A stretch of 64,000 nt of DNA from Candidatus Scalinduaceae bacterium (GCA_046759445.1 JBHICG010000001.1:64001-128000), one strand, 5' to 3'. Counted from the stretch's first letter, positions 50,828 to 59,637 are shown. The notes: generated from the letters alone by a model not told the origin. Numbers and translations: made by a program.

Positions 50828-51724
50828 TTATAATAACCTGCCTATTGTTTCGACTTCATAATTTACCCATAGCACTTCTTTTCTTTTATCTTTTGTTGAA
50901 TGTATTGTCTTCTGTGGGCCAAAATGTTTTTTCCATTTTGGAGCCGGATATAATTTATCCATTAGTTCACATTCATAATTTGATATTGCAGCTTTTCCCT
51001 TGATATTGTTTAAGACCATTGACAACTGAACATGCTCGTCATTACTCATTTCAAAACCATATGCTTTATTGTCGCCTCTTGTATCGTGAACATATGGCGG
51101 ATCGCAATAAAAAAGAGTTTCCTTACTATCATACAATTGTATTACTTCAATTGCCGGTCTATTTTCAATCTGAACTCTTAAAAGCCTTTCTGCAATAAAA
51201 TCAAGCTTTTCAACTCCACCAATATAACGACTGATAACACCACTCATTCCAGAACGACTTGTATTTTTGCAATTTGCCCATCTTCCAATTGTTGCCGTTT
51301 GTGCTAATCCGGTTCTTACTTGCCTCGCTCTTATATAAAACCTTCTTGCACGTTCTAACTCATCCTGACTACTATCCAACTCGCAGGCTAGAGAAAATTC
51401 TTCTCTGGAAAACGGCGTTAACAAGATTTGTTCTAAAAGTTTCTCTTTTTGAGATCGTAAAACTCTAAAGAAATTAACAACTTCTCCGTCTAAATCATTA
51501 TATGTTTCTACATTAGATGGATATCTGTTGAAAAGCACTGCACCTGAACCTGCAAATGGTTCACAGTAATGATTACAAGAGGGCAAAAGAGGTAATAACC
51601 AATCCAAATGAGAATATTTTCCCCCATACCACCCAAAAGCAATTACCTTTTTTCCATTTAATCTTGTTAATGGTGAGGGAGTCTTTTTTCCGTTTTTACA
51701 ATTCTTTATCTGCATTTTAATCAT
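50828..51724 (-). CDS. DNA adenine methyltransferase (D12/Dam class)
   Basis: WYGGK, EPFAGSGAV, YNDLD, YCDPPY. Confidence 0.93.
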   Translation of the reverse strand: MIKMQIKNCKNGKKTPSPLTRLNGKKVIAFGWYGGKYSHLDWLLPLLPSCNHYCEPFAGSGAVLFNRYPSNVETYNDLDGEVVNFFRVLRSQKEKLLEQILLTPFSREEFSLACELDSSQDELERARRFYIRARQVRTGLAQTATIGRWANCKNTSRSGMSGVISRYIGGVEKLDFIAERLLRVQIENRPAIEVIQLYDSKETLFYCDPPYVHDTRGDNKAYGFEMSNDEHVQLSMVLNNIKGKAAISNYECELMDKLYPAPKWKKHFGPQKTIHSTKDKRKEVLWVNYEVETIGRLL

Positions 51725-51797
51725 CCCCTATTCTTGTTTTTTTTGAAACCCAACTCATTTATTCTTTACCCTGCATTTGTTTTATTCTTATCCATAT

Positions 51798-51957
51798 TTT
51801 CTTGGGCACACATCTTGACATTTGACATTATGAATTTGCGGCTTACTAAAAAAAGATTTTCCTTCCATGATTTTTCAAATAATTTCTTTGATGTTTGACT
51901 TGTTTATCAATTTGTTGGTTTTCACTTTGTCAAATGTCAAGATACATCCCCTATCTC
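51798..51957. repeat. About 160-bp REPIN/MITE-like element, copy B
   Basis: Direct repeat of 49432-49590; abuts an attC core. Confidence 0.85.
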
Positions 51958-51958
51958 G

Positions 51959-52006
51959 TCCTAACATTGAATTGAGCAGTTTATCTGCTCAAATGACTGG
52001 TTGTGC
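51959..52006 (-). other. Integron attC site (short)
   Basis: Minus strand GCACAAC-cagtcatttgagcag-ataaa-ctgctcaattcaat-GTTAGGA. Confidence 0.8.
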
Positions 52007-52124
52007 ATCATGACATCTAATTTTGTACTCGTCATCGCAAACTTGTCTGTTTGTTTATACCCCATCGTCAGCAATTTCCTTCCAAAATACGGGCGCTACC
52101 CCTGGTTTTTCTTTGGTGTAAGTT

Positions 52125-53642
52125 TTAAATATCAACGTTGAATGGGAAAACTCCTACCTCTTCCTGTAGTAATCTTTGTGCCATAACAACGTCAGGGTCA
52201 TCCCGATTTTGATCGTAAAAAAGCTGGTCAATCATAGAAGTCAATATAAAAATGTTATGTGCTTCTTGTGCGTCAATAAATTTAATTTTACTAAGTGTTA
52301 CACTTCTTGAGAACGATTGTGCTATTTGTAGTCCTTGGTCGTTTTCAAAACCCCGATAAACCACCTCACCTCTAGATTCGAAGTTTTTCTCAATTAGCAC
52401 GCCTCCCTTTATAAAGTCTTGACGAACCGGTGGATTAACATACTTTGAGCACGAATTATTATATTTACTAGGGTCTATATATGTCTCTGGATTTTCTAAA
52501 AAAATATTGATCATATGTTTTTGAGCATCGCAAACATTTTTGATAAACTTTAAAAATATACTTTTATCGAAAAGATTAGCCCAAGCTAAGTCGAGAGGGA
52601 AAACTTTTTCAATCATTTTTGGAAATTTATCGGCTTCACGTAGTCCATGCTTAAAAGCTTTGTTAACTTTTGACAGATTAGTTATATCACTCCAATCGTC
52701 AAAGAGCTGAATAGACAAGCTTGAGCCATTTGGAGGTCCCGCTTTTAATAAGTAATTGTGTATAGCAGCAAATCTAAAAGTTGGACACGCTCGCCATTTA
52801 TCATCTTCATATGATCCCATTAATGACCAAAATACGATAGCTGATGCCATTTCTAAAGGCATTAATTTGTTATGACGGTGCCAAATATTTAGTAGCGCAC
52901 GGTATAATATAATATAGGGTACATTCAGTTCCTTAAAAACAATGTCCTGAAATCTTTGGAGTGACTGCTTCCCTAAATCTGACCAAATCGTCTGCATTTG
53001 GCAAATTAGCCCGGACAATTCAAATATATGGCAAGGTTGATAGATGACAGATTCAGATTGTTTTGGTGGTCGAAAAGTAAAATTTCTCATCATCTGATAA
53101 TAATGCATTGTGACCGCAATTAACCGATCAAAATGATTAAGTGTTTCATTTTTAGCCAGTTTTAGTAGTGAATTGTCAAGCGTGAAAAAAGGTAAAGTAC
53201 AAGGTCGGTAATGTAAACCATTTTTAAGAGGCCTCAAATCGGAAAGGTGTTTGAGCATGCTTTGTCGTTTATGATAATCATAACGAGACCAAGAAGAAAT
53301 TGGTACTGGAATACAATTAAAGGATTCATTGTTTTTCATATCTATCAAATGTCCAAGAGTCTGCACACCGTTAAAAAGTATCACCATGCGTAGCCTCCAC
53401 AACATCTGACTATATGGTGCTATAAGAAAATCATGAAAGTGGCGTACTTCGTGAGAACAAACTGAAACCATTGACAAAGCATCAAATGCCTGAACTGGCG
53501 ACAAAGATAATATTTCATTCTCAGTGATTGATCCAGCTCGATCTAACCAATTGCAGCTGTTTTGATCGGCTACACGGATCACAACGCCTACATATTTTGG
53601 ATTAAAACCCCCGTAATCAGCTTGGATAGAATTGATTATCAT
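52125..53642 (-). CDS. Hypothetical protein with HEXXH motif (possible zincin-like peptidase)
   Basis: 505-aa ORF; CSHEVRHFHD; ATGA overlap with the upstream gene. Confidence 0.7.
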   Translation of the reverse strand: MIINSIQADYGGFNPKYVGVVIRVADQNSCNWLDRAGSITENEILSLSPVQAFDALSMVSVCSHEVRHFHDFLIAPYSQMLWRLRMVILFNGVQTLGHLIDMKNNESFNCIPVPISSWSRYDYHKRQSMLKHLSDLRPLKNGLHYRPCTLPFFTLDNSLLKLAKNETLNHFDRLIAVTMHYYQMMRNFTFRPPKQSESVIYQPCHIFELSGLICQMQTIWSDLGKQSLQRFQDIVFKELNVPYIILYRALLNIWHRHNKLMPLEMASAIVFWSLMGSYEDDKWRACPTFRFAAIHNYLLKAGPPNGSSLSIQLFDDWSDITNLSKVNKAFKHGLREADKFPKMIEKVFPLDLAWANLFDKSIFLKFIKNVCDAQKHMINIFLENPETYIDPSKYNNSCSKYVNPPVRQDFIKGGVLIEKNFESRGEVVYRGFENDQGLQIAQSFSRSVTLSKIKFIDAQEAHNIFILTSMIDQLFYDQNRDDPDVVMAQRLLQEEVGVFPFNVDI

Positions 53643-53995
53643 TTCTCTTTTAATAACCCCGTAGCATTTTGAAGTTTTAGTTGGATTTCCATTTCAGTCA
53701 TACCCGCAGTTATTTCTTCAGATGCAACCATCGTTCTAATTACAATTTTTTGGTTTGGGTTGTTCTTCATCCAACGTTCTAAAAGTTTAGCGAATTCTTT
53801 GCTAATAAATATACCACCTTGAATGATTGCTATTACCGCTGCCACTTCAATTATACCAAATTGCAGGTAGGTTTGTTCCTTTTTGCTTGCAATATCTTCG
53901 ATTACTATGTCATTGGCTTGAGCAAAAGTTCGAAATTGTTCAACAAAAGCAGGGTCACATAGAATCTCCGTACGTACACTCTTTGGATTAGTCAT
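53639..53995 (-). CDS. Small protein with a central Gly-containing hydrophobic helix pair (EACC1-like, tentative)
   Basis: QFGIIEVAAVIAIIQGG..SKEFAKLLERWMK...KIVIRT; AAGGAG RBS. Confidence 0.65.
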   Translation of the reverse strand: MTNPKSVRTEILCDPAFVEQFRTFAQANDIVIEDIASKKEQTYLQFGIIEVAAVIAIIQGGIFISKEFAKLLERWMKNNPNQKIVIRTMVASEEITAGMTEMEIQLKLQNATGLLKEK

Positions 53996-54028
53996 AAGCT
54001 ATCTCCTTTTTTTACTAAAGTGATTATA

Positions 54029-54264
54029 ACAAGTTATTATAAAGTTTTTGGATATCACCACTATTGTAATGATATCAAGAAAACCAAGTTACTACCTTAT
54101 GGAAAAGCAGCGGGAAGGTTCATTTATTTACGTTTCTGCAAAAATAAACTTAATTCAAGATGATTTAATCTCATCACACAATGCGGCATAGTCTTTATAC
54201 TGTTTGAATTGAACATGTTGGAATAGTAAAGCTACATATTATTGAAGTCAAGGGAAAAGAAATG
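54029..54264 (-). repeat. 236-bp attI-like leader, copy 1
   Basis: Near-identical to 58278-58513; minus-strand end TTATAAT-aactt-GTTATAA has simple-site geometry and identity stops at the G/TT point. Confidence 0.75.
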
Positions 54265-54358
54265 AAGGGGTCTCAATGGGTCATCTCAATCTCAACTCAA
54301 GGGGTCAAGTCTGCCGATAGCTAATCTAATAAAGACTGTATACGTAAAATAATATCAG

Positions 54359-55699
54359 TTAAGCCATAAGCAGACTTGACCCTTTTCGTTTATCCAATTT
54401 CCTATAACATAGTAAATTCTGGCTATGATATAGAAGGTATTTTATGATCTCAAAAATCAACAACGCAGCAAGAATACAAAAGACTACTTCAGAAACATAT
54501 CTGTATCTGGTCTTTCCCCAAAAAATTAACGCGTATCCTATCCAGTTCATCATCACGATTCCGTATAGAAAGACCCACATTCTGAAGGTATATCGGCACA
54601 AGAATAAGAAGGACAAACTAGCAGCCAAAAACAAAGCAAAATAGGTTAGTGTCAATTTGTAAAACCAATAGGTACCTTTCAGTTCTTTTGATGGCCATGG
54701 TGTTCCTTGTTCTAATCTTGGTAAGCGAGTACTCCATGCTACGGAATAAGTATCCGAAGTAAAAAATAATTTGTACGTTCCTTTTGCAATATCCTTGGCT
54801 ATTCTTAATAGGCTAGCGTTGGTTAGATACTCAAGTCCAAGTTGGTAACCGAGTTCCTGCTGCTGAACCTCATTCTTACCGTCGAAAACTGTTCCCTTTA
54901 GAGTATGCCAGCCATATCGATTCTCATTATGAGCATAATAGAAGTTTATGCCTCCTGTGGTAGACAATCCTGACCCCGCACCAACCAAGTAATGGTTCCG
55001 GATATACCAAGGAGCAATGGTTACACCAAAAGCCAACAAAACTAGAAATACCGACAAATATCTGTGAGCGTTATGACTGAAATTGAAATATATCATCACT
55101 AAAAGTACTGGCAAAAAAAAGATGGCCTCGCCACGAGTCAAGGCTGCTGTTCCAAATAATACACCGGACAATACTAGTCTCACAGTCCGACGAGTAGATA
55201 AATTTACACGGTTGTCGCATAAAACCAAAAAAGCTGAAAAGAGGAAGATAACGTACAAATGCTCTGAAACAAGTACTGGTGATAAGAAAACAAACGTTGG
55301 ATTAAAGGCACAGATCAAAGCAGCGAGTATTGAAAGTAGTTTTTCTGAAGTTAGATATAACACAAGCCTCCATACTATATAGATCAAGAATGTGGACAGA
55401 ATCACATTGACAAAACTTAACCAAGCTATTGAATTACTTATCCACATTGTGATAGCAAGAAAGACTGGGTACCCGGGAAGTCGAAACGCGGACGGATTTG
55501 GAATTCCAAGCTGACCCTGCTTCAAGAGTCCTTCAGCCAAACGTAGATACTCCTCAGAGTCTGATACTGGAACTGGTTCAGCATATGCCCACCATAGAAC
55601 TCGTGCTGCAAATCCAAACAGAATAATAAGAATGATCCATATTGGACATTCCCGCAATGATAGAGGTATGAAACCAAGAGTGTTCTTTTTTTTCATCAT
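54359..55699 (-). CDS. ArnT/GT39-like membrane glycosyltransferase (gene cassette)
   Basis: DSEEY, AFRLPGYP, LVSEHL, LTRGE, IAPWYIRN, TRYRY. Confidence 0.85.
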   Translation of the reverse strand: MMKKKNTLGFIPLSLRECPIWIILIILFGFAARVLWWAYAEPVPVSDSEEYLRLAEGLLKQGQLGIPNPSAFRLPGYPVFLAITMWISNSIAWLSFVNVILSTFLIYIVWRLVLYLTSEKLLSILAALICAFNPTFVFLSPVLVSEHLYVIFLFSAFLVLCDNRVNLSTRRTVRLVLSGVLFGTAALTRGEAIFFLPVLLVMIYFNFSHNAHRYLSVFLVLLAFGVTIAPWYIRNHYLVGAGSGLSTTGGINFYYAHNENRYGWHTLKGTVFDGKNEVQQQELGYQLGLEYLTNASLLRIAKDIAKGTYKLFFTSDTYSVAWSTRLPRLEQGTPWPSKELKGTYWFYKLTLTYFALFLAASLSFLFLCRYTFRMWVFLYGIVMMNWIGYALIFWGKTRYRYVSEVVFCILAALLIFEIIKYLLYHSQNLLCYRKLDKRKGSSLLMA

Positions 55700-55712
55700 G
55701 AATCCTTATAAA

Positions 55713-55839
55713 GGCTAACGTTTAAGCTAAGCTAACCCGCTTAGCAAATAGAACTATGAATAAGGATAAAATAAACAAAGAATCTAAAACTTGAAAACCG
55801 CACATGATAAAAGGGGTTAGCTTAAGCGAATGGTTATGT
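55713..55839 (-). other. Integron attC site
   Basis: Minus strand ACATAAC-cattcgcttaagctaaccc...gggttagcttagcttaaac-GTTAGCC. Confidence 0.88.
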
Positions 55840-55846
55840 AATTTTT

Positions 55847-56383
55847 CTAAGTCTTGTTAATTTGTTTGAGTGCTTTAGGTACTCTTATATGTTGTTTTAT
55901 TAATGGTTTTGATTTGTAAATATTAACAAATGTTTGTCTCAAGTCTTTATTTATTTCCAAGTCGTTGACAAATAATTTGTGAGCTTTTTTCATATGGCGA
56001 AATAGAGGATACGGATTTATAATAACATGATCAAAGCCATTTGGTTTTTTCAGATGTATTTCTTGAGCCCATGTCTCTTTACTACAGAGAATGATAAATT
56101 TGTTTTCCATATTGAATGAATGAACTAACCCACACCTTATAATTTTGTAAAAAATCTCAGGTTCATAACTTTCAGGGAAATAGTTTCCAACAAAAGTCAT
56201 AATTTTCTTCTTATTACCACTTGTGCTTGGACTTGCTGCTGCATAATTTGCCAATGTATCTACAGCACAGCATATTAATATTGTTGCGCCAACTCCCTGA
56301 TGTAGTTTTAGACAACTTGCAATATTTGAGTACACATATGCAGGAAAGTGTTTATTAAATCTGGAAACATAGGGATTACTCAT
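55847..56383 (-). CDS. Hypothetical cassette protein, HEPN-like
   Basis: Helical; ICCAVDTLA and RCGLVH (Rx4H) motifs. Confidence 0.65.
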   Translation of the reverse strand: MSNPYVSRFNKHFPAYVYSNIASCLKLHQGVGATILICCAVDTLANYAAASPSTSGNKKKIMTFVGNYFPESYEPEIFYKIIRCGLVHSFNMENKFIILCSKETWAQEIHLKKPNGFDHVIINPYPLFRHMKKAHKLFVNDLEINKDLRQTFVNIYKSKPLIKQHIRVPKALKQINKT

Positions 56384-56395
56384 ATTAATTTTTAA

Positions 56396-56503
56396 ACATA
56401 ATGAAACGGATGAGCTACGGCGGAGATGAAAAAGATTTTATGAGTCAATAATAAGTCTAGGATCGCCTAAGTCTTCGTCGTTAGCTCAAGCCGATTGTTA
56501 GAT
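56396..56503 (-). other. Integron attC site with variant core (ATTATGT)
   Basis: Minus strand ATCTAAC-aatcggcttgagctaacg...cgtagctcatccgtttc-ATTATGT; FRG stop codon lies in the inverse core. Confidence 0.82.
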
Positions 56504-57418
56504 TTTTGTGTCATTTGGAGGTGGAAACCGCATATCTCTCAAATAATTTGTTTTTGAATTATAGTTGTATGAATTAATTACATCTTGTGCAACACCATCA
56601 GCATTCATATATAAAGCCCCTCCATTAATTCCCATAAGTTCTAATTTAGCAAAAACATCAGTTACACAATCTTTTTTAATAAATACTTTATAAAGAGTAG
56701 CTTCCGCCTTCTCTATCTCTCCATTTGGGAGATGTGTATCTGGCTCCTTATGCTTCTCGATCAATTCGTCTAAATTTTCAGCATCTATATTGCTGTAGTT
56801 AAGTGTGTCATAAAGAAAAGCTCCATGTTGCCGATGCATGCGAGAGTTATATTTTCCTGGAAATGGAATGAATTGCATCCATGGACCTGGAAAACCATCT
56901 TTAAATAGGTCTCCTTTTGGATAAAGAAAATCTTTATATCGTTTCATGACTTCATCATATTTTTCTTTTGGATCTAGAAACAGTGTAGCCCACAACCATG
57001 CCAACTTGCTAAAATTTAAAGCATAAATAACAGAATATTCCTTTTCTTTTGACTTGTAGTTTCTCCTAACTCCATTGAAAGTGAAAAATAATGCGATATA
57101 TGGGGAATAACTGAAATCTAAAACGGGTGTGGGGACACCATGATGGCGGGCATATTCAAGCCAATCAAGGCGATTGTCACTTTTAAAAGGCAGCATTCCG
57201 AGCTTCGTCAGACCAACACGAAATTTGTCGATCATTTCGTCAATATCTGAACTCCATGATTCATGGGGTATTTTCCTGTGACGATTTAAGGTTGTTGTTA
57301 GTTTATAATGTTCTTTCGTATGTCCTCTAAATACAAAGTCTCTCTTTACAAGAGCAAGATTATCTAAAAACTCAAAAGCACTATTCGCATTATCAAAATG
57401 GTGATTTTCAATGCTCAT
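56498..57418 (-). CDS. FRG domain protein (gene cassette)
   Basis: FVFRGH, ARHHGVPTPVLDFSYSPYIALFF, RMHRQHGAF. Confidence 0.92.
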   Translation of the reverse strand: MSIENHHFDNANSAFEFLDNLALVKRDFVFRGHTKEHYKLTTTLNRHRKIPHESWSSDIDEMIDKFRVGLTKLGMLPFKSDNRLDWLEYARHHGVPTPVLDFSYSPYIALFFTFNGVRRNYKSKEKEYSVIYALNFSKLAWLWATLFLDPKEKYDEVMKRYKDFLYPKGDLFKDGFPGPWMQFIPFPGKYNSRMHRQHGAFLYDTLNYSNIDAENLDELIEKHKEPDTHLPNGEIEKAEATLYKVFIKKDCVTDVFAKLELMGINGGALYMNADGVAQDVINSYNYNSKTNYLRDMRFPPPNDTKI

Positions 57419-57434
57419 TCTTTTTCTCTTTAAA

Positions 57435-57492
57435 ATCTAACGGCCGAATTAAGCGGGCGTGTTAACGCTCCGACTTGAATGATTTGTTATAA
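57435..57492 (-). other. Integron attC site
   Basis: Minus strand TTATAAC-aaatcattcaagtcgg...ccgcttaattcggcc-GTTAGAT; the core complements the ATCTAAC closing the FRG cassette. Confidence 0.88.
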
Positions 57493-57498
57493 GATAAA

Positions 57499-58266
57499 TC
57501 ATTGAAGTGCAATAGAACTTAATTTTACAAGAATTTTCCAGCCAGTAATCACTAGCCTAGTTAGAACTGAAGTGATTATTAAACTTAATACAATTTGTCC
57601 AAATAATCCCAATGGTTTCTTTTTAAATGACGTAATTGGCCAATACTTGTCTCGAAGTTTACCCAGCAATACTAAAATGTAAGTCCATAGGTTTGAGAAA
57701 ATAAGAAAAAAACCGATGAACAAAACAAAAAAGGAGTATTTTACTTTGAGTGCTGGCGAGAGGAGACTCGCTACTATTAAGCAGAAAGAAAAGCCAGCGA
57801 TGACGCCGAAAAGTTGAATAAGCAATTCAGTAAAGGGATTCCGAGTTACACCATTGTGATTTTGGTACTGTGCGAGTCTCGTCGAAAGTCTTTTGAAAAC
57901 ATTATCAACCCATTTTTCATCATCATCAGATACAGCAAGATAACATCTTGAGCTATCTGAAGCATCTAATAGTATTTGTATTCTTTTTCCTTTATTTTCT
58001 AAAAGGTTTTTAACAGAGGAAAAATCAAAGATAACACGCTCAATTTTTTTTCCAGTTTCGAAACAGCGTTTTATTTCGGAATAATCTTTCCTAACAATTC
58101 CCATCCCATCGTAACGCAGGGTGTATACATTCGATTTTAGTTTTTCATCTTCAGAAAATGAGCTAGTTTCGTTTACGATAGTCTGTAAATCCGAGTTTAT
58201 TGCGTCAATATCACCTATGCCAATAGTTAAATAGGGCATGAAACTATCTTTTAAGTAATCACTCAT
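57499..58266 (-). CDS. Hypothetical membrane protein (soluble N-domain + about 3 TM), first cassette
   Basis: 255-aa ORF between the attI-like leader and an attC. Confidence 0.75.
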   Translation of the reverse strand: MSDYLKDSFMPYLTIGIGDIDAINSDLQTIVNETSSFSEDEKLKSNVYTLRYDGMGIVRKDYSEIKRCFETGKKIERVIFDFSSVKNLLENKGKRIQILLDASDSSRCYLAVSDDDEKWVDNVFKRLSTRLAQYQNHNGVTRNPFTELLIQLFGVIAGFSFCLIVASLLSPALKVKYSFFVLFIGFFLIFSNLWTYILVLLGKLRDKYWPITSFKKKPLGLFGQIVLSLIITSVLTRLVITGWKILVKLSSIALQ

Positions 58267-58277
58267 TTATTTACCTT

Positions 58278-58513
58278 ACAAGTTATTATAAAGTTTCTGG
58301 ATAACATCACTATTGTAATGATATCAAGAAAACCAGGTTACTACCTTATGGAAAAGCAGCGGGAAGGTTCATTTATTTACGTTTCTGCAAAAATAAACTT
58401 AATTCAAGATGATTTAATCTCATCACACAATGCGGCATAGTCTTTATACTGTTTGAATTGAACATGTTGGAATAGTAAAGCTACATATTATTGAAGTCAA
58501 GGGAAAAGAAATG
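58278..58513 (-). repeat. 236-bp attI-like leader, copy 2
   Basis: Direct repeat of 54029-54264, immediately upstream of the first cassette. Confidence 0.75.
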
Positions 58514-58816
58514 TGTAAGTGAGATATAGGGTGGGGTGCACCGCAAAGCGCTCAAAACCAGAAAATTAATCAAAATTAAGGTAATGTCCTAATTTCAGTA
58601 TCTTTCGTATTGCTTCCTAAATTTTTAGAGTCCTTACCCGATAAATATAAAAACAAGAAAAGATTTTTTTATTAACTGTAGTTTTTAATTGACTATTTTA
58701 AAAAAAATGATTTATAATATTTAAATTACCCTAAATTATGTTATCTGCCAACACAGTACAACTTTTCTTTAAAGAACAAGTGTTATCACAAGCTTCTAAT
58801 AGGACTATAATTAGCG

Positions 58817-59230
58817 TTGGTAAATGCTTATTCATGCAAGATTAAATGGCCTGTAGATGGCAAAGAAATAGTAATACGAATAGAACCAGCGTATTTTGAT
58901 TTTCTTAAAATTTATTGGCCAAATGATTTTATTAATCTTTATACAGTACATGAAGTATTAATAAAACCTAATCGTATATTCTCTGGTCTCAACAGACCTT
59001 ATAGTGATAGTAGTAATAAACTATGTGTTGTTGGTAAACCTCTTTATTGGTATATAGGAAATACCAACAACAAAGTGCCTTTTCCATCCGGCTTCGTTTA
59101 TGTAGTATTTTTGAACGAAAGATACAGTGTATATGAATTTGGAGCAGAGAAAGCAGATACAGATGATTCATTAAGTCCTATAGGTTGGAGAGATCGCTTT
59201 GGAGAACTGATATGGAAGAAAAATTCATAG
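58817..59230 (+). CDS. Hypothetical protein, possible toxin of a TA-like pair
   Basis: 137 aa, overlaps the next gene; EVLIKPNRIF pattern recalls BECR-fold RNases (weak). Confidence 0.55.
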   Translation: MVNAYSCKIKWPVDGKEIVIRIEPAYFDFLKIYWPNDFINLYTVHEVLIKPNRIFSGLNRPYSDSSNKLCVVGKPLYWYIGNTNNKVPFPSGFVYVVFLNERYSVYEFGAEKADTDDSLSPIGWRDRFGELIWKKNS

Positions 59231-59637
59231 AACAAGTGACACAAGGCTTAAAAGGAAGTGATTTTGGCTCTAAGCAACATGAGCCTCAGATTTGGTATAA
59301 CAAAGAAGGTGACTGTATTCAATTTAAGACCAGACATGTTGCGACAATAAGAAAGAGAATTGACGAATATTTAACATTATATGCGACAATGGAAGATGAA
59401 GATCCAATTGGATTTCAATTAAAAGATATACATGCACTAGCCAGTGTACATGATATAGATTTAATGGCTATACAAGCAGATTACACTTCTAGGGATAAAA
59501 AGTTAGTTTCAATCAGTATGCTGATATTTAAGGCTTTTGCTAAAAGACCTCCTTCTATAAACAGGATTTCTGGCTATACAGATGCATTTAGGACTATGGT
59601 AAAAGATGGAGATAATGTAAAAATTCCAGTATCATAA
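59212..59637 (+). CDS. Hypothetical protein, DUF2283-like
   Basis: WYNKEGDCIQF...IDEYLTLY...PIGFQLK; GGAG RBS before ATG 59212. Confidence 0.6.
   Translation: MEEKFIEQVTQGLKGSDFGSKQHEPQIWYNKEGDCIQFKTRHVATIRKRIDEYLTLYATMEDEDPIGFQLKDIHALASVHDIDLMAIQADYTSRDKKLVSISMLIFKAFAKRPPSINRISGYTDAFRTMVKDGDNVKIPVS

Noticed and set aside
54200..54216. tgtttgaattgaaca in the attI-like leader as a LexA box
   Set aside because: Imperfect palindrome whose spacing does not match a LexA consensus I can vouch for
47736..58513. CRISPR array or prophage interpretation of the repeats
   Set aside because: The repeats are not regularly spaced short units, and no cas or phage structural genes are present
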